Of a DNA stretch of 64,000 nt, positions 1 through 16,012 are shown piece after piece. The first letter of the stretch is position 1; each line of letters begins with the position of its first letter. Source of the stretch: Octopus vulgaris (Eukaryota); assembly GCA_951406725.2 (NCBI GenBank), contig OX597835.1, positions 17,484,001 to 17,548,000 of the forward strand. Direction: 5' to 3'. The notes beneath the pieces are model-generated. The model did no database searches and had not been told where the DNA came from. It saw only the letters and a program-made list of their open reading frames with translations. Position numbers and translations under genes: made by a program.

Positions 1-18
1 TACATGTATGTATGTATG

Positions 19-51
<33 letters not shown>

Positions 52-54
52 ATG

Positions 55-142
<88 letters not shown>

Positions 143-613
143 TACAAATATATATAGATGTATGCATACATTATGTACATTTATGCACAAATGTAAACAA
201 AGTGTCACAGATAGGCGTAGACATAAATACACATGAATACACACTGAAGCACACTTTTACAAATGGACTAGAGGAGAAAAGTAAGGATTGGACTAGCAGA
301 AAGCAAGTGGTGGTGATGAAGAGAAGCTATGACAACTGTCATTTATTGACTTAGCACTTTGAAATGCTCTGTTAGGTGTAGAGCTGATGATTTTTATTGT
401 GTACAATAATAGGAGTGCCATCGTAATGGCTGTGCTTTCGCAGTAGTCATGACGTGCGAATTACTACCGAGAGAAAATGGCAAATAATTACAGAGAGCAA
501 CAGATTACCTGTCAATGTAACGTTTACTGGCGTAGGCCCATATGCACACATTTAACGATACGTACATACAAACATATATATATGTGTGTGTGTGTGTGTG
601 TAAATACACACAT

Positions 614-644
<31 letters not shown>

Positions 645-954
645 CATATATCCATATATATATACATTTACACACATATACACACACATATATATATATA
701 CGCATATATATATATATAATATATATACGCATATACATATATATATATATAATATATATATATACGCATATACATATATATATATATATATTATATATAC
801 GCATATTCATATATATATATATAATATATATATACGCATATACATATATATATATATATATATATAATATATATACGCATATGCATATATATATAATATA
901 TATATACGCATATACATATATATATAATATATATATACGCATATACATATATAT

Positions 955-1011
<57 letters not shown>

Positions 1012-1647
1012 TTAGATGCGCATAAAATACTTTCATTCTTCTGCAAATTGTTACATTCACCAGAGTCCAACCACGTGTGTGTGCACATGCATCAAGTACA
1101 AATATACATAATCACACACACACACAGACACATACATATATATGTGTGTGTGTGTATGTGTGTTCGTGTGTATGTGTGTGTGTGGACGTGCGTGTGAAGA
1201 ATACAATAACACGTGGATAGGATGATATCAGGCTCGTTTCTGCATTCCACACCAGCTTTAATTCGCTGAGATCATACCATATTCTAAACATCATTCTTTA
1301 TAATTACTATATAGTGGAACATTTTTGAACAGCCGTGCGTGTGCAGCTCATCACTTTGAGTAAACACACACACACACTAAGATGAAACAGGGACAACTGA
1401 AGGGGAATATCCCTTGTGTTGTATGTCTTGTTTCTTTGTTTTTTTCGTTGTTTGAAAAAAGTTCGTTTCTATGTTATTGTTTTTTAAGTTTCATTTGCCA
1501 TTGTGTTCCACGGTTTTTTTAATGTCCTGTACCCATATATGCATGCATATATACATATATGAAGGTATGTACATATATGTATGTATATATGCATAATGTA
1601 TATATTTATATATTATTCCAAGTAAGTTTTATCTATCTCTCTATCTA

Positions 1648-1747
<100 letters not shown>

Positions 1748-1748
1748 T

Positions 1749-1830
<82 letters not shown>

Positions 1831-1856
1831 TTGTATATATATAATATATAGATATT

Positions 1857-1916
<60 letters not shown>

Positions 1917-1983
1917 TATATATATATTTGTATATATATATATAGATATTTGTATATATATATATATATAGATATATATCTGT

Positions 1984-2060
<77 letters not shown>

Positions 2061-2085
2061 AATATCTATATCTATATCTATATCT

Positions 2086-2116
<31 letters not shown>

Positions 2117-2260
2117 TTCAGAGGACATGGATGTTGGTCGGTACTTCCATGAAATACCGACTAACATTGTGCCTGATTTTACTCCCGATTCTTCCAGCCT
2201 TGATTTGATATTTTTAAGAATTGATATTTTTAAGAATTGATATTTTTAAGAATATTTTTA
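2117..2260. mobile_element. Short (TA)n-adjacent relic, possibly Penelope-like, with a 13-bp hairpin and a 16-17 bp triplication
   Basis: ATGTTGGTCGGTA (2131-2143) pairs with TACCGACTAACAT (2155-2167, one G:U). TGATATTTTTAAGAAT occurs three times at about 2206-2255. Family assignment is inference. Confidence 0.35.
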
Positions 2261-3191
2261 ACAAAAACAACCACGAAATATGTGACAAGGTTTTTCACTT
2301 AGAGATGAAAATTCCCCGCCTTTACGCTCTTAACAATACTAAATATATTCCAAATATAAACATTCACAGTTGAATGAAACAAGGTTTTTAGCGACGAGAT
2401 TAAAATTCACAAATTTCAGAAAAAAATAAAATAAAAACAAAATAAAACAAACCCCCAAACTTTTGAACTTTTGTCTTTATTTCTAGAAAGTTGGTTGTTT
2501 TTACCATAATTAGAGATAACATTTCTTCTCTCACTCTCTTTCTCTCTCCCCCTTTTCTCTCTCTCTCTCCTTTGCTCTCTTTCGCTTGTACTCTCTCTTT
2601 TTCTCTTAATACCATGTTGGATTTAACCAATATTAAAGGTTATGTTAGCTTTTAATATGATCTTAGTTGTTTTTTCACCAATATTCCATCCAATCACACC
2701 GCTAGAAACAAAAGCAAAACACTAAATGTAATAATAAATAAAAGAAAGATAAATTATACAGTAAAAAGAAAAACACCCCAATAAAAGAATTAAAAAAATT
2801 CAACCAAGAAAACTCCAAACAAAAGGCATGACGCCATTTTGAAGTAATGCATATTGGTTGTTTTATCCAACTATTATTTTATTAGTGATAAATTACAAGG
2901 CAATAGTTTTAGCACCAAAACTACTAATCATTTCTTAGTTGATCGCAGTTCAAACAATGGTAATTTCTATTTTAAAAGTTTGCTTGAAATCATTACAGAA
3001 TCGGTTATCAATCTTATTAAATTGCTTCTCTCTCTCTTTCACTCTCTCATTCTCTTTTTCCATCTTCATATCTCTCTCACTCTTTCACTCACTCCATCGC
3101 TCTCTCTGTCTCTCTGTCGTCTGTGCGTACATCTGTATTTTTAAATGTCTCTCTTGTGTTTGTATTGTATATTCACTTTCTCCTTTTGCCT

Positions 3192-3232
<41 letters not shown>

Positions 3233-3321
3233 ATATATATATATGCGTGTGTGTGTAATGTGTGTGTGTGTATGTATATGTGACTATGTGTGTGGGTGTA
3301 TGTGTGTGTACACATATCACG

Positions 3322-3549
3322 TCGACGCGGGAGTGGCTTTGTGTTCAGAAATTTGTTACCCAACCACATACTTCCGTGTTCAGTCCCTCTGTCTGGCACC
3401 CTAGGCAAGTTTATTCTGCTATAGCCTCGAACCGAGCAGAGCATTGTGAGTTTATTTGGTAGACGGAAACCGACAGAAACTCGTAGCATATATATAAATA
3501 TACGTATATACATATATATACATATATGTATATATACACACACACGCAC

Positions 3550-3588
<39 letters not shown>

Positions 3589-3649
3589 TATATATATATG
3601 TATGTATATATATATATATATATATATACATGTGTATATAACTATATGA

Positions 3650-3688
<39 letters not shown>

Positions 3689-3860
3689 CGTGTGTGTGTG
3701 TTTGAGTGTATTTGTGTGTGTGCCTGTGTACCCCCGTCATTGCTTGACAACCGGTATTGGTGTATTAACGTCCCCGTAACTAGTAGTTCGACAAAGAGAC
3801 CGATAGACTAAGTACATGGCTTAAGAAGTCCTGGGGTCAAGGCGTCAGTTGTGCCAATTA
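3322..3860 (+). mobile_element. SINE family A (tRNA-like head, internal microsatellite), diverged copy
   Basis: Head GACGCGGGAGTGGCT, body GGTAGACGGAAAC, internal (TA)/(CA)/(TG) tract and 3' part GCTTGACAACCG...GACCGATAGA all match other copies in the window. Confidence 0.75.
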
Positions 3861-5610
3861 CCAGTTGCGTTTGTTTGAAAATAGCGCTGAAGAGGATAAA
3901 TCCGACATACGACCAGAGGTTAATGGTTAGGTCGTTGTCCTTAATATCACAAGATTGTACTTTCGATTCTGCAATGAGATGACGTGTTGTGTTCTTGAGC
4001 AAAACATTTCATTTCACTTTGCTCTTCTCCCCTCAGACCCATTCTGCGACCAACAAGCTTCTCGTTCAGGGTGTCATATATGGGTGTCGGACACCGAGAA
4101 ACCGGTCCTTATGAGTCTATATCACTCAAGAAGGATTGTTATTCTTTATTTTTATCTTATGTGTATCAATCGATGTAGCGACCTATTTCTGTAACTTCTT
4201 CCCAAATACTCTTTCCCTCTCTGTTGATCTCTCTTTCTCCCTCATTCTCTCTCGACATATTTATTTACTACAAGCGTACCACATGTGGTAATAATATTCG
4301 TTTATCTACGACTGTCGTTCGCACCGCCCCGCTGTGTTCTCATTTGACAAGCCAACATTACAAACCCTAAAGACCAAACGAAAATGGCTACAAATCTAAT
4401 CGATGCAGATTTTAAAGATCTGCCGATAAGCAAACGTAGACAGCACTATCGAATGGCAATATCTTTTGATAAGGAAGCGAGGCAAAAAACAATGACAGAC
4501 GAGCAAAATAAAAAGAATTGCAGAAAAAAAAGAGGGAAAAAAAGGAAGACTATATATAATTAAAAAGAAGAAAGAATGGAAGGACGAAGGAAACAATATG
4601 TATATAAATAGATGAATAAGTAATTAAACAAAGAAAATGAAGGAAAGAAGACAAATACGAAAAGAAAAGGACATTTATAAATCAATAACTAAAAGAAGGA
4701 AGAAGAATATGAAGAAGAAAAATAAATATACATACATAAATATAGATACATACATACGCACACATACACACATATATATATATATATATATATAGATAGA
4801 TAGATACATATGTATATACATGTACATATACATGTATATATACATATATATATACATAAATACATACATACATACACCTACATACACACATATGTATATA
4901 TATATAAATATATATATTATATACGTGTTTCTATACACACACACACATATATATATAACTGTGTCTATGTTTATATCTATCTATCTATCTATCTATCTAT
5001 CTGTCTGTCTATCTATATATATATATATGTACACACATGTGAATGAAAATACAATATGGCCGCTATTGTTTGAGACTATTTTCGTATTAGGTTCTTCAAA
5101 GTGTAATTTATGTAATCTTGCGTATTTCTTTCCATTTGTTTATATCTTTGAACTTTGACACCATTTCACCAAATTAGAACTGCTCGTTATTTGAATATTT
5201 CTTAATGTCTGTTTGTCAGCATATCTGTCTGTTTTAGGTGTCTGTGGTTTGATTGCATTGCTCCATTCGCTTTTTACTTCAGTTTATCTCTCTGTTTCTC
5301 TCTCTGTCTCCCTCTCTTCTTTCTCTCTCTCTCTCTCTGCTTCTCCATTTCTACCTCTCTGTGTCCGTCACTCTTTCACTTTCCTTTTTTAGTCATTCTC
5401 CCTCATTCTGTATACGCTACAGATATCTTTGACTTGGTTTGTATTAATTCTCTTATATTGCCCACACACACACACACACACGTACTCAAACCCGTACACA
5501 CACACACCTATTTATCAATATATATACAGTGAGTTTAGAGAGAGAGAGAGAGAGAGAGAGTGGGGAACGGAGAGAGAGAGAGTGGGGAACGGAGAGAGAG
5601 AGAGAAGTAA

Positions 5611-5655
<45 letters not shown>

Positions 5656-5749
5656 TATATACACAGGAAACAACTTCTTTCCTTATACACACATACAAAT
5701 GTACGTATGCATATGAGCGCGTCTGCCTCCATGTATATATGTAAGTTCA

Positions 5750-5796
<47 letters not shown>

Positions 5797-5839
5797 TGTG
5801 TGTATATATATATATGCATGTTTATGCAGTGTGTGTGTA

Positions 5840-5870
<31 letters not shown>

Positions 5871-6127
5871 ACAGACGCATGCGTAAAGCAGCTTCATCGT
5901 TCATTTTGTTTCTTAGTGAATTATTTCTTTTCTGCAATCTTCATTAACAGATTGTAATCTTTATCGCCTTATCTAGTTTCTATACATCATACCCTACACT
6001 GATACTGACATCCATCTATACATACATCTATTCATCAATCTCTCAATCTGTTTGTGCAACTATATATGTATGTATGTATGTATGTGTATATGTATGTATG
6101 TAAGAATTTATCTATCTCTATATCTCA

Positions 6128-6158
<31 letters not shown>

Positions 6159-6773
6159 TGTATGTATGTATGTATGTATGTATGTATGTATGTATGTATG
6201 TATGTATGTATGAATGTATGTATGTATGTATGTATGTATGTATGTATCTCTATCTATTTATCATGTCGTTTGTGCGAGATAGAGGGAGAAATAAAGCGAA
6301 TATATCGATGTAGGAAATCACTATTAGAGAAAAAAGATAGATATATCCGTACAGAAATCGAAAATTATGAAGGCAATATAGAAGATGGGTATTGCACAAG
6401 TATTAACGCGTTAGATATTGGATGTAAACACTTTTAACTGTGGCTTTTAACATCTTTTACAATCTTTTATTAAAAAATTTCGGGTGCTACCGAATATCAA
6501 CATTAATTCAAAATCCTAATTGTTCCGAAAAATGCGGTAGCTATTTAGAGCATTTGCAACACTTTCATTTCATTTACTATGCTGGACACACGTTTGTGTC
6601 TTCAGAAGGTATTTAGAGCTCACACGCGTATGGCTCCTCAGCCTGTTCGATTCATCTGTGTCGGGTACTAAGGCCTGACTTAGTGTTCATCTACAGAAGC
6701 GTTTGTTATCAAAATAGCCATCTTGAGGTAGTTCCAGCTGCTGTTTTTATCTCCTTCATAGCTTTCGTCTTCA

Positions 6774-6830
<57 letters not shown>

Positions 6831-6831
<1 letters not shown>

Positions 6832-7205
6832 TCTTTTACTTGTTTCAGTCATTTGACTGCGGCCATGCTGGAGCACCGCCTTTAGTCGAGCAAATCGACC
6901 CCGGGACTTATTCTTTGTAAGCCCAGTAATTATTCTATCTTTTGCCGAACCGCTAAGTGACGGGGACGTAAACACATCAGGATCGGTTGTCAAGCAATGC
7001 TAGGGGGACAAACACAGACACACACACATACATTTATATATATATACGACAGGCTTCTTTCAGTTTCCGTCTACCAAATCCACTCACAAGGCAATGGTCG
7101 GCCCGGGGCTATAGCAGAAGACACTTGCCCAAGATGCCACGCAGTGGGACTGAACCCGGAACCATGTGGTTGGTTAGCAAGCTACTTACCACACAGCCAC
7201 TCTGC
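6831..7205 (-). mobile_element. SINE family A, near full length
   Basis: Reverse complement of the 31607-31970 element: CTTGTTTCAGTCATTTGACTGCGGCCATGCTGGAGCACCGCC...GAACCCGGAACCATGTGG...CCACACAGCCAC. Confidence 0.9.
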
Positions 7206-7252
<47 letters not shown>

Positions 7253-7284
7253 TATATGTATGAATGTCTATGTGCATGCGTGTT

Positions 7285-7801
<517 letters not shown>

Positions 7802-7956
7802 CACAGAGAAGGCAAGCGAAAACATTTATATATACATGTATATGGTAATCTACGATTGCCATCTGTCAGTCTATAACAGAAGACATCCAGGGCTATAACA
7901 GAAGACATCCAAGTTACCACACACACACACACACCCATTCGCCAAACCGAGTTTCT

Positions 7957-7996
<40 letters not shown>

Positions 7997-8722
7997 CATT
8001 AAAATCCCCAGTTACTATGACATGTATCGAACAATAAGTATTATATCTAAAATCCAGTAACTTCTCCAATGAGAATATACTGACAATAAATTAATCATTG
8101 CGCCACTTCGCATTTATAATGTGTCGAAATGAATTAACTATTGCAATAACTCTATTGATTTCGCATTTAAATAGTTATCATCCTAAAAGCTTTAGACGTG
8201 AGCTATGAAATCAAATTTTACTGACGAGTTACAATGACGTAGAAATACGTCCAGAGTTACCTCATGTGCTTTGGGAACGATGCACGACATTATTATTCAA
8301 TGAATAATACTGCTATTAGCTCACTGAATATATATATATCTGTAGTTGGCTATTTGATATTCTCTGCATTAAATATCTTAACACAACCTTATCCATTTCG
8401 CAACAGTAATTTCAATTTATTGACACCTAATCCATGCAGATCTTGCACAATTAAGTGACGACAACATTGCAGGCCTGTAGTCCCTTGATTATCGTTCATT
8501 GGAAAGTCGTATTATCTCTTATTTACTGAGTATTAAAGCAGGGATTGCTAAGCTAATAAGCGATGGGTTCACTTTAAATGAAGACCTCAATGAGAGACAC
8601 TAATGAGATTTTACGTGATGGAATACAAATGAGATCATAGCCGTGAATTACTAATTTACATCAACCTCACTTTATATGTATGACTGTTCGTCTGACCGTG
8701 TCTTGGATTTCCTATCAGTCTG

Positions 8723-8761
<39 letters not shown>

Positions 8762-8894
8762 GTCAATCAATTAATCAATCAGTCTGTCTATGTCCCCGCT
8801 CTCTATCTATCTATCTATCTTTCTATCCAACTATTTATATGTATATATATATATATACGTGTTTATATATGTAGATAGCTACACACACACACAG

Positions 8895-8932
<38 letters not shown>

Positions 8933-8969
8933 GGATTTACATATATATATATTATTCTTCGATTTATAT

Positions 8970-9362
8970 TATTCTTTTATTTGTTTCAGTCACTTGACTG
9001 CGGCCATGCAGAAGCACAACCTTTAGTGAAGCAAATCGACCTCAGGTATTTTTCTTTGTATGCCAAGTACTTATTCTATCGCGACCTTTTGCCGCACCGC
9101 TAACTTACAGGGAATTGAACACACCAGCATCGGTTGTCAAGCGATGTTGGGGGGGGGGGACAAACACTGGCACACAAACGCACACATATATGTATATACG
9201 ACGGGCTTCTTTCAGTTTCCGTCTACCAAATCCACTCACAAGGCTTTGGTCGGCTCGAGGTTATAGTAGAAGACGCTTGCCCAAAGTGCCACGCAGTGGG
9301 ACTGAACCCGGAACCATGTGGTTGGTAAATAAGCTACTTACCACACAGCCACTCCTCCGCCT
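8970..9362 (-). mobile_element. SINE family A
   Basis: Full alignment by eye to 6831-7205 and 50866-51252. Confidence 0.9.
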
Positions 9363-9871
9363 ATATATGTATATGGGCACAAATGTATGTGTATGTATGT
9401 TTACGTGCGTATGTATTTATATACTTGTGCATAGGACTGTATATGTGTATAAATGCATATGCATTTATATGAATATATCAGTATATACATACATAAGCAT
9501 GCAGAAAAATGTGCGCGTGTGTATTTATAGAGAGTATTTTCATTGGGAGAATAAAGAAAAATAACAAACAGTAAAAGAGTGAGAACGGAGAGAGGGAATG
9601 CATCATGGGACACATTTGCCTGCTTCATTCGTTTCCTGAAGTGTCCTTGACAAGATGTCCGGATGTCGTTCGTTTAGCAATGATGGAGTCGGCCATTGAA
9701 ACCGGATGTAGCCTTCAGTCCATCCAGTTTCGTCATTGAATCAACCATGCAATGCAGGTTTGACGTTGCAGGACAATCGTTAATGTTATAGCGATTATTT
9801 ATGGCAGAATTAATGATCTTAAATGCCTAATTGCTAGTAATCGTTTCAAATATCTATCTGGGGGTTATGTT

Positions 9872-9925
<54 letters not shown>

Positions 9926-10119
9926 AGTCTGTGTTAATGTGTCTGTGTGTGTTGTTAGATGTAGAGGAAGATAGTTTAGGTTTATTAATCAATAAAATAT
10001 TGATGGATGAACGTATTCGTTTGAACGGTTGTGTACAGTTGAAGGCTCGCTACCCTGTGTTCAAGTAATCTCCGGATCCATCATACTGCGAGGAAGCTCT
10101 TGCACGTTTCACCTCCCAT

Positions 10120-10498
10120 CGTTTCTAGAAGAGAAACGCTTGTGAATGGTGTATAATGCTCGGCTACATACAAAAAGAATTACATTCCAAAACCTGGAGC
10201 AGTTTGAATGGAAACGATGTCCCAACCATCATATTCGTCGGAAATTGTCCCATCTGATTATCATTTATTCTCCAGTCTTCAAAATCATTTAGACGAGGTC
10301 AGAACAGTGGTGGAGGAGTATTTTTCGTCAGAGAGAAGTGAATTTTGAAAGAGAGGCTTAGAAACTCAACCAGGTAAATGGAAGAGCATTGTAGAAAATA
10401 AATGAGAGTAAATCTTAGATTAAAAAACAATTTTAATTATCTTAATTTTGAAAAATAAAAGTATACAAAACCGCATTATTTATGGAATGACCTAATAT
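10120..10498 (+). mobile_element. Decayed mariner transposase 3' end with right TIR
   Basis: TCATATTCGTCGGAAATTGTCCCATCTGATTATCATTTATTC reads SYSSEIVPSDYHLF (mariner YSPDLAPSDYHLF motif). It ends in AAACCGCATTATTTATGGAATGACCTAATA followed by TA. Confidence 0.8.
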
Positions 10499-10503
10499 AT
10501 GTA

Positions 10504-10567
<64 letters not shown>

Positions 10568-10620
10568 CATATATATACACACATATATATATATATACGT
10601 ATATATATATACATACATAC

Positions 10621-10651
<31 letters not shown>

Positions 10652-11452
10652 TATATTAAAAAAATAGATTTATACATGTATGCCCGTGTATGTGTACGGG
10701 AATAGAGAAACGTTTGTAGCTAAAGAGAGGAAAATAGAAAAATCAACTATAAATTATTATTTAGAAAAATACAAAAACAGGGAGGGGAGAGTGAGAGAGA
10801 GAGAGAGAGAGAGACAGAGAGAGAAACGAAGGGAGCGGGACAGAAAGACAGAGGGAGAGAGGGAAGGAAGGAGAACGAAAGATTGGTAGAAAGAGGTCGG
10901 CAAGAGAGATAGATAGAGAGAGAGTTCAATAATTTGTAACCCTGCTATATATAAGCAAACTTCTGATGCAAGTATACAGATACCAGTCAATGTATAGATT
11001 GCCTGTCTCAAAACATCGTTTATATATACGTATACACACACTCACACACACTCATACACATATATATATACACGTACGTATATACATATATATATACACA
11101 CATACATATATATATACACACATAAACATAATTATATATATATATATAGTAGTAACATGTATATATATTCCTGGGGATGCATACCTACGTATAACTATAT
11201 AAATGTACGTAATACATTACATAGTTACACATACATACATACCTACATTCCCACATACATATATACCTACACATATACATTCATCTATATACATATATGT
11301 TTCTATATGCATATATATATATATACATATACATTTATATATACATATATATATGTTTATATATACATACATATATACATATATATAAAATATATATATA
11401 TTTATATTCGATTCGTTTCGTTTCGTTTCGTTCCTTCTTCTCCCAGTACAGT

Positions 11453-11483
<31 letters not shown>

Positions 11484-11551
11484 TTTATATATACATACAT
11501 ATATATATATATAGATATGTTTATATATACACTCATATATATATATATGTT

Positions 11552-11620
<69 letters not shown>

Positions 11621-11659
11621 ATATACACACACGTATGCATACATATATTCTTTCACTTT

Positions 11660-12054
11660 GAAGAACGTTGCAAAGTAACATTTATTTCCTTGTTTTTTCG
11701 CTTGAATTTTTACGTCCTTTTATAATTTTTTCCCCACTTTTTATAGATTTAAAAAAAAAAAAAATTCACAACCTTGTTTGTTACGTTTAATTGTTCCTCT
11801 TTATCGTTTAGTTGTCTGTTCTCTTGTGTATTTTTCCGCTATCTGTCTATGGTTATCGTAGTTGTCCTATATGAAGTTACTGTGGTTATTAGTAGTGGTG
11901 TTGTTGTTGTTGGTGGTGGTAGTGTTGGTCGTGTGGTTTTGTGTATTTATGTGTATTTGTGTGTGTTACTATTGTTTTCTATGTATGTGTCTCGACGTGC
12001 TGGTCTTGTATGGCGGCGAGTTTAATCGTTTCAGGTGTTCATGGTCGAGGTCCT
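11660..12054 (-). other. Candidate terminal exon of a spliced minus-strand transcript
   Basis: Acceptor TGTGTTTTGTTTCGTTACAG|AGGAC at 12055/12054. One frame reads xDLDHEHLKRLNSPPYKTSTSRHIHRKQ* (stop 11969-11971). AATAAA lies on the minus strand at 11681-11686. No homology recognised. Confidence 0.35.
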
Positions 12055-12151
12055 CTGTAACGAAACAAAACACAAACCCAGCCAAAAATCTTTAGTTCTT
12101 TTTTTTTTACGTCATTTGCCTTCCGTACATACATTTTCGTTAACTCTTCGT

Positions 12152-12201
<50 letters not shown>

Positions 12202-12559
12202 CACACACACACACATTCACGCACACACAGTAACACACACACAGTAACACACACAAATTCACACACATAGACACAGACGCACAAAGCCACACATATATAT
12301 ATCAACATATATGAATATACCCTATGTTTGTCTGTATACATACATACACACAGACATATATACCTACATACACAGATACGTATATATACATATTACATAC
12401 ATACATACATATATAAAAGTACACATACACACACACGCATACACACAGACGCACACGCACACACACAAACCCACACATATACATTCATATGTGTATACTA
12501 CATATATTTGCATATATATGATTGATACGACTATACAGACACAATTGTACATAAACATA

Positions 12560-13745
12560 CACAATTTCGAGAACCTGATGAAGATTCATTTAAACCATAT
12601 TAACAATCTATGTCCTGAATCGTGTCAAATAATTTGAAGAGAACCACAAAACGAAAAAAAAGATCTGAGTATCAATTTACATTCTTCTCATGGCTTTCTT
12701 GAAACTGTCCATCCTGCTATTTATGGCGAGATGGTCACATTCTATTGCATATCTCGCAGCATGAAGAAACACAAATACAATACAATCTCTGTTTATGGGA
12801 CAAATATTTTATCCTCACTGGAAGATCTACTCTTCAGATCCCCGTTTCCCAAAATAATACACGATTCATCTGTACAAAGCACGTGGCTGTAGCATTATAG
12901 AACGTAACCAATAGAAAGCAAATTGTGCAGTCTAGCGTCAATTACATTTAAATATTTGACTAGGGACACACAAACCCCTTACAGTCTGAATCGCGACCAG
13001 CCACTGGAAGACTATTCAAACAAGATCGTCAAGCAAAACACGCGCAAATGTTCCCCCTGTGCAAGACAATGGTGTAAAACTGTTATACAACTGAAGCAAT
13101 ATTGTTAATAATGGAAACAATATCCGTTAAGAGCCGCTAAAATTATTCCCCGTCACAGAACGAATTACAGTTAGAGAATCTTGTAGAGCGAAAAATCCCA
13201 CTAAAACGAAATATTATTACAAATGGATAGTAAAACAGAACCCTCGCAGGAAAAGAGGAGAATATTAAAGAGAAGTAGAGCTAGATAAAGCATAAAAACT
13301 AGTCCTAAAAGTTTTTCAATGAAGAGTTAGTTTCGCTGGATTATAAATTAGTGTCATAATTCCTAGGGAATTGCTCGCCGACTGTACAAACAAAATAATG
13401 TGTAAAATATGACTGAATAATTCAATAAGACTGCATGAAAATATATAAACCAACTGAGTTATTCAACATAACACCACTCTATGGGGAGGCAGCAGTTATC
13501 AGTTACATCGATATAGGTAAGATATATCAGGTTTTGATCAAATGTCCTCAGTATGACTTTAAAATTGATCCGATGGATTCTTTGTAAGATTTAATTGTCT
13601 TCTTGAAAAAAATTTGAATGCAGTAAAGCCATGTGTTCTGTCCATGCAGAAATATATAAAATGAATGCTAAAAATTACAGACCTATCTCTCTGACGTTAA
13701 TCGTCAGCAACAACATGCAAACGAATTACCAACGGAAAACCATAC
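12560..13745 (+). mobile_element. Heavily decayed CR1/L2-like LINE ORF2 fragment
   Basis: AAAAATTACAGACCTATCTCTCTGACG (about 13670-13696) reads KNYRPISLT, the conserved motif at the start of the non-LTR RT. Upstream sequence is A-rich and coding-like with many stops. Confidence 0.65.
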
Positions 13746-14197
13746 AGATTCTCTGAAGATGGTCTGTCGAGGTTGAACCTTTCTCATACTGTTTACGCTG
13801 TATGAACAGCTGTTTCTGAATGCGTTGACCTCTAAGCCACGCGCATTCCCGCATCGTTTCAGTCAAGAATTACCAATGTACCAGCGGTAGACTGACATCG
13901 GCAGTTCTGCTCAGACATAATTCGGAAAGAAAGAAACGAAATTCAGCTTCGTCTTCGTAGAACATCTCTGACTTTGAATCGCTTACATTAGTGCGATCAA
14001 ATTTAGGTACCGAATAATATCAAACACACTGTAATACGATATCAAGAACACTGACTCAGCGAAGCTGGTGAAATATTCTGAGTAGAATCTATTTACTGGA
14101 GAAAAAAAATGGTGTGTAAGTAAATATACACATGCATACATGCAAACACAAATAGACACATGTATATATATATATATATATGTAATAAGACAGATAT

Positions 14198-14239
<42 letters not shown>

Positions 14240-14562
14240 GTATATGTATAGAAGAAATAGATATGGACATGTATCTAGAAATGAAAATATTTTTTGCGCG
14301 TGTGGGCGCCAGCATATTGTGGTGCTCGTTCTAATTACAGTATAGTTCCTTCGATCCAGATAATTAGTAGAATATAAGAAACGCCCACATAGAACGGAGA
14401 CGGAGAAATTCGCTATGTATCTATATAAATACAGAAATGTATATATATGAACATATATTTATACATACACATACATATACATATTTACATATGTGTAAGT
14501 ATACTTGTTTAAAATATCTACCTATCTATTTATAAATGTGTGTGTTTTTTGTAAGTACATTA

Positions 14563-14605
<43 letters not shown>

Positions 14606-14686
14606 TTGTCTATATATTTAAATGCATGTATATTATATTTATAATATACATACAAATATAAATATATATATATATAACATATTTAT

Positions 14687-14717
<31 letters not shown>

Positions 14718-14806
14718 TATTTATATATATTTATACACACATACATAAATAAATAACATCTATGCCAACCATTTCGAAATTCTTATGTAATTGTATTGTG
14801 TATGTT

Positions 14807-14859
<53 letters not shown>

Positions 14860-15628
14860 GAGAGATATGTGTACAAATGATTCTCTTGTGTTACTCTAAT
14901 GGTTACCAACGAATGCAATGTGGGAGATTTTAGTTTATAGATGTTTTCAACAAACCCGAATACTTACTCAGATATTGAACATACAGCCAAGAAATCGACA
15001 AATCTCCTTTTTTTTTAAATATTTACTTTTCTTTGGTGTTCTCTAATTATTCATTTTTCTAGGGGTTTTTTTTGGTTTTTTTTTGCAATTCATGTTCTCT
15101 TTCCTTTCGTTTCCTTTTCCAAATCTGAAGCCGAAGTAGTAGTTAAAATGGCGGATTTCATTGGAGGATCGTCAAATGCGAACAATGCATTTTGTTTGCT
15201 TTTTCATTTGCTTCTTTAGTTTTTGTTATTTTTTTTCACTTACTTGACTTTTTTGCATTCTTTTTTCCCTATGTACGTATTGGATTTGTGCGTGTATATG
15301 TAAATATGTACGTTAATACTTGATGTGCGTATGTACATGCATACATACTTACATACATACATACACAGACACACACGCGCATCTATATATATATATACAT
15401 ATATATACAGACACACACACATACATACATATATACATATATATATACATATACACATACACACACACAATCACACACACAAACATAAATAAGCGTATAT
15501 GCATATTTTTGGGTTTACACAAATACACATACGCACATGTGTCTGTGTATTTAGATATATATATATAATGTATGTATACATATTCATATATACGCATATA
15601 TATATATTGTATATATGTTACGTATGTA

Positions 15629-15669
<41 letters not shown>

Positions 15670-15972
15670 TCATATATATGCATAAATATATGTATGTATA
15701 TATATTCATATATATATATGCATATATATATGTATGTATATATATATGTATATATATATGTATGTATATATATATATATACTCTCTCTACATATATATGT
15801 ATATATGCACACACATATATACATGTATATACATACACATACAGTCATTCTCCCCCCTCTCTCTCTCTCTTTCACGCACACACATACACACGTAACATCG
15901 CTGTTTATGTGTATATCTTCAATTAAAAAAAATACAATAAAATACAAAAAGACAATAAAATCTCCCCGCGTC

Positions 15973-16012
15973 TGATAAATCGCCTACGTCTCGTGTAAAT
16001 CGCCCACGTCAC
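15973..16012 (+). promoter_or_regulatory. CpG-rich 20-bp dimer (GATA plus CCCACGTCA motifs), inverted partner of 17765-17809
   Basis: TGATAAATCGCCTACGTCTCGTGTAAATCGCCCACGTCAC, about 34/41 identical by manual alignment to the reverse complement of 17769-17809. Confidence 0.35.

Noticed and set aside
6575-6775. Further hammerhead-like words (CUGAAGA, CUGAGGA) on the minus strand of a TA-adjacent relic
   Set aside because: Stem II and the GAAA box cannot be placed in register. Too decayed to call.
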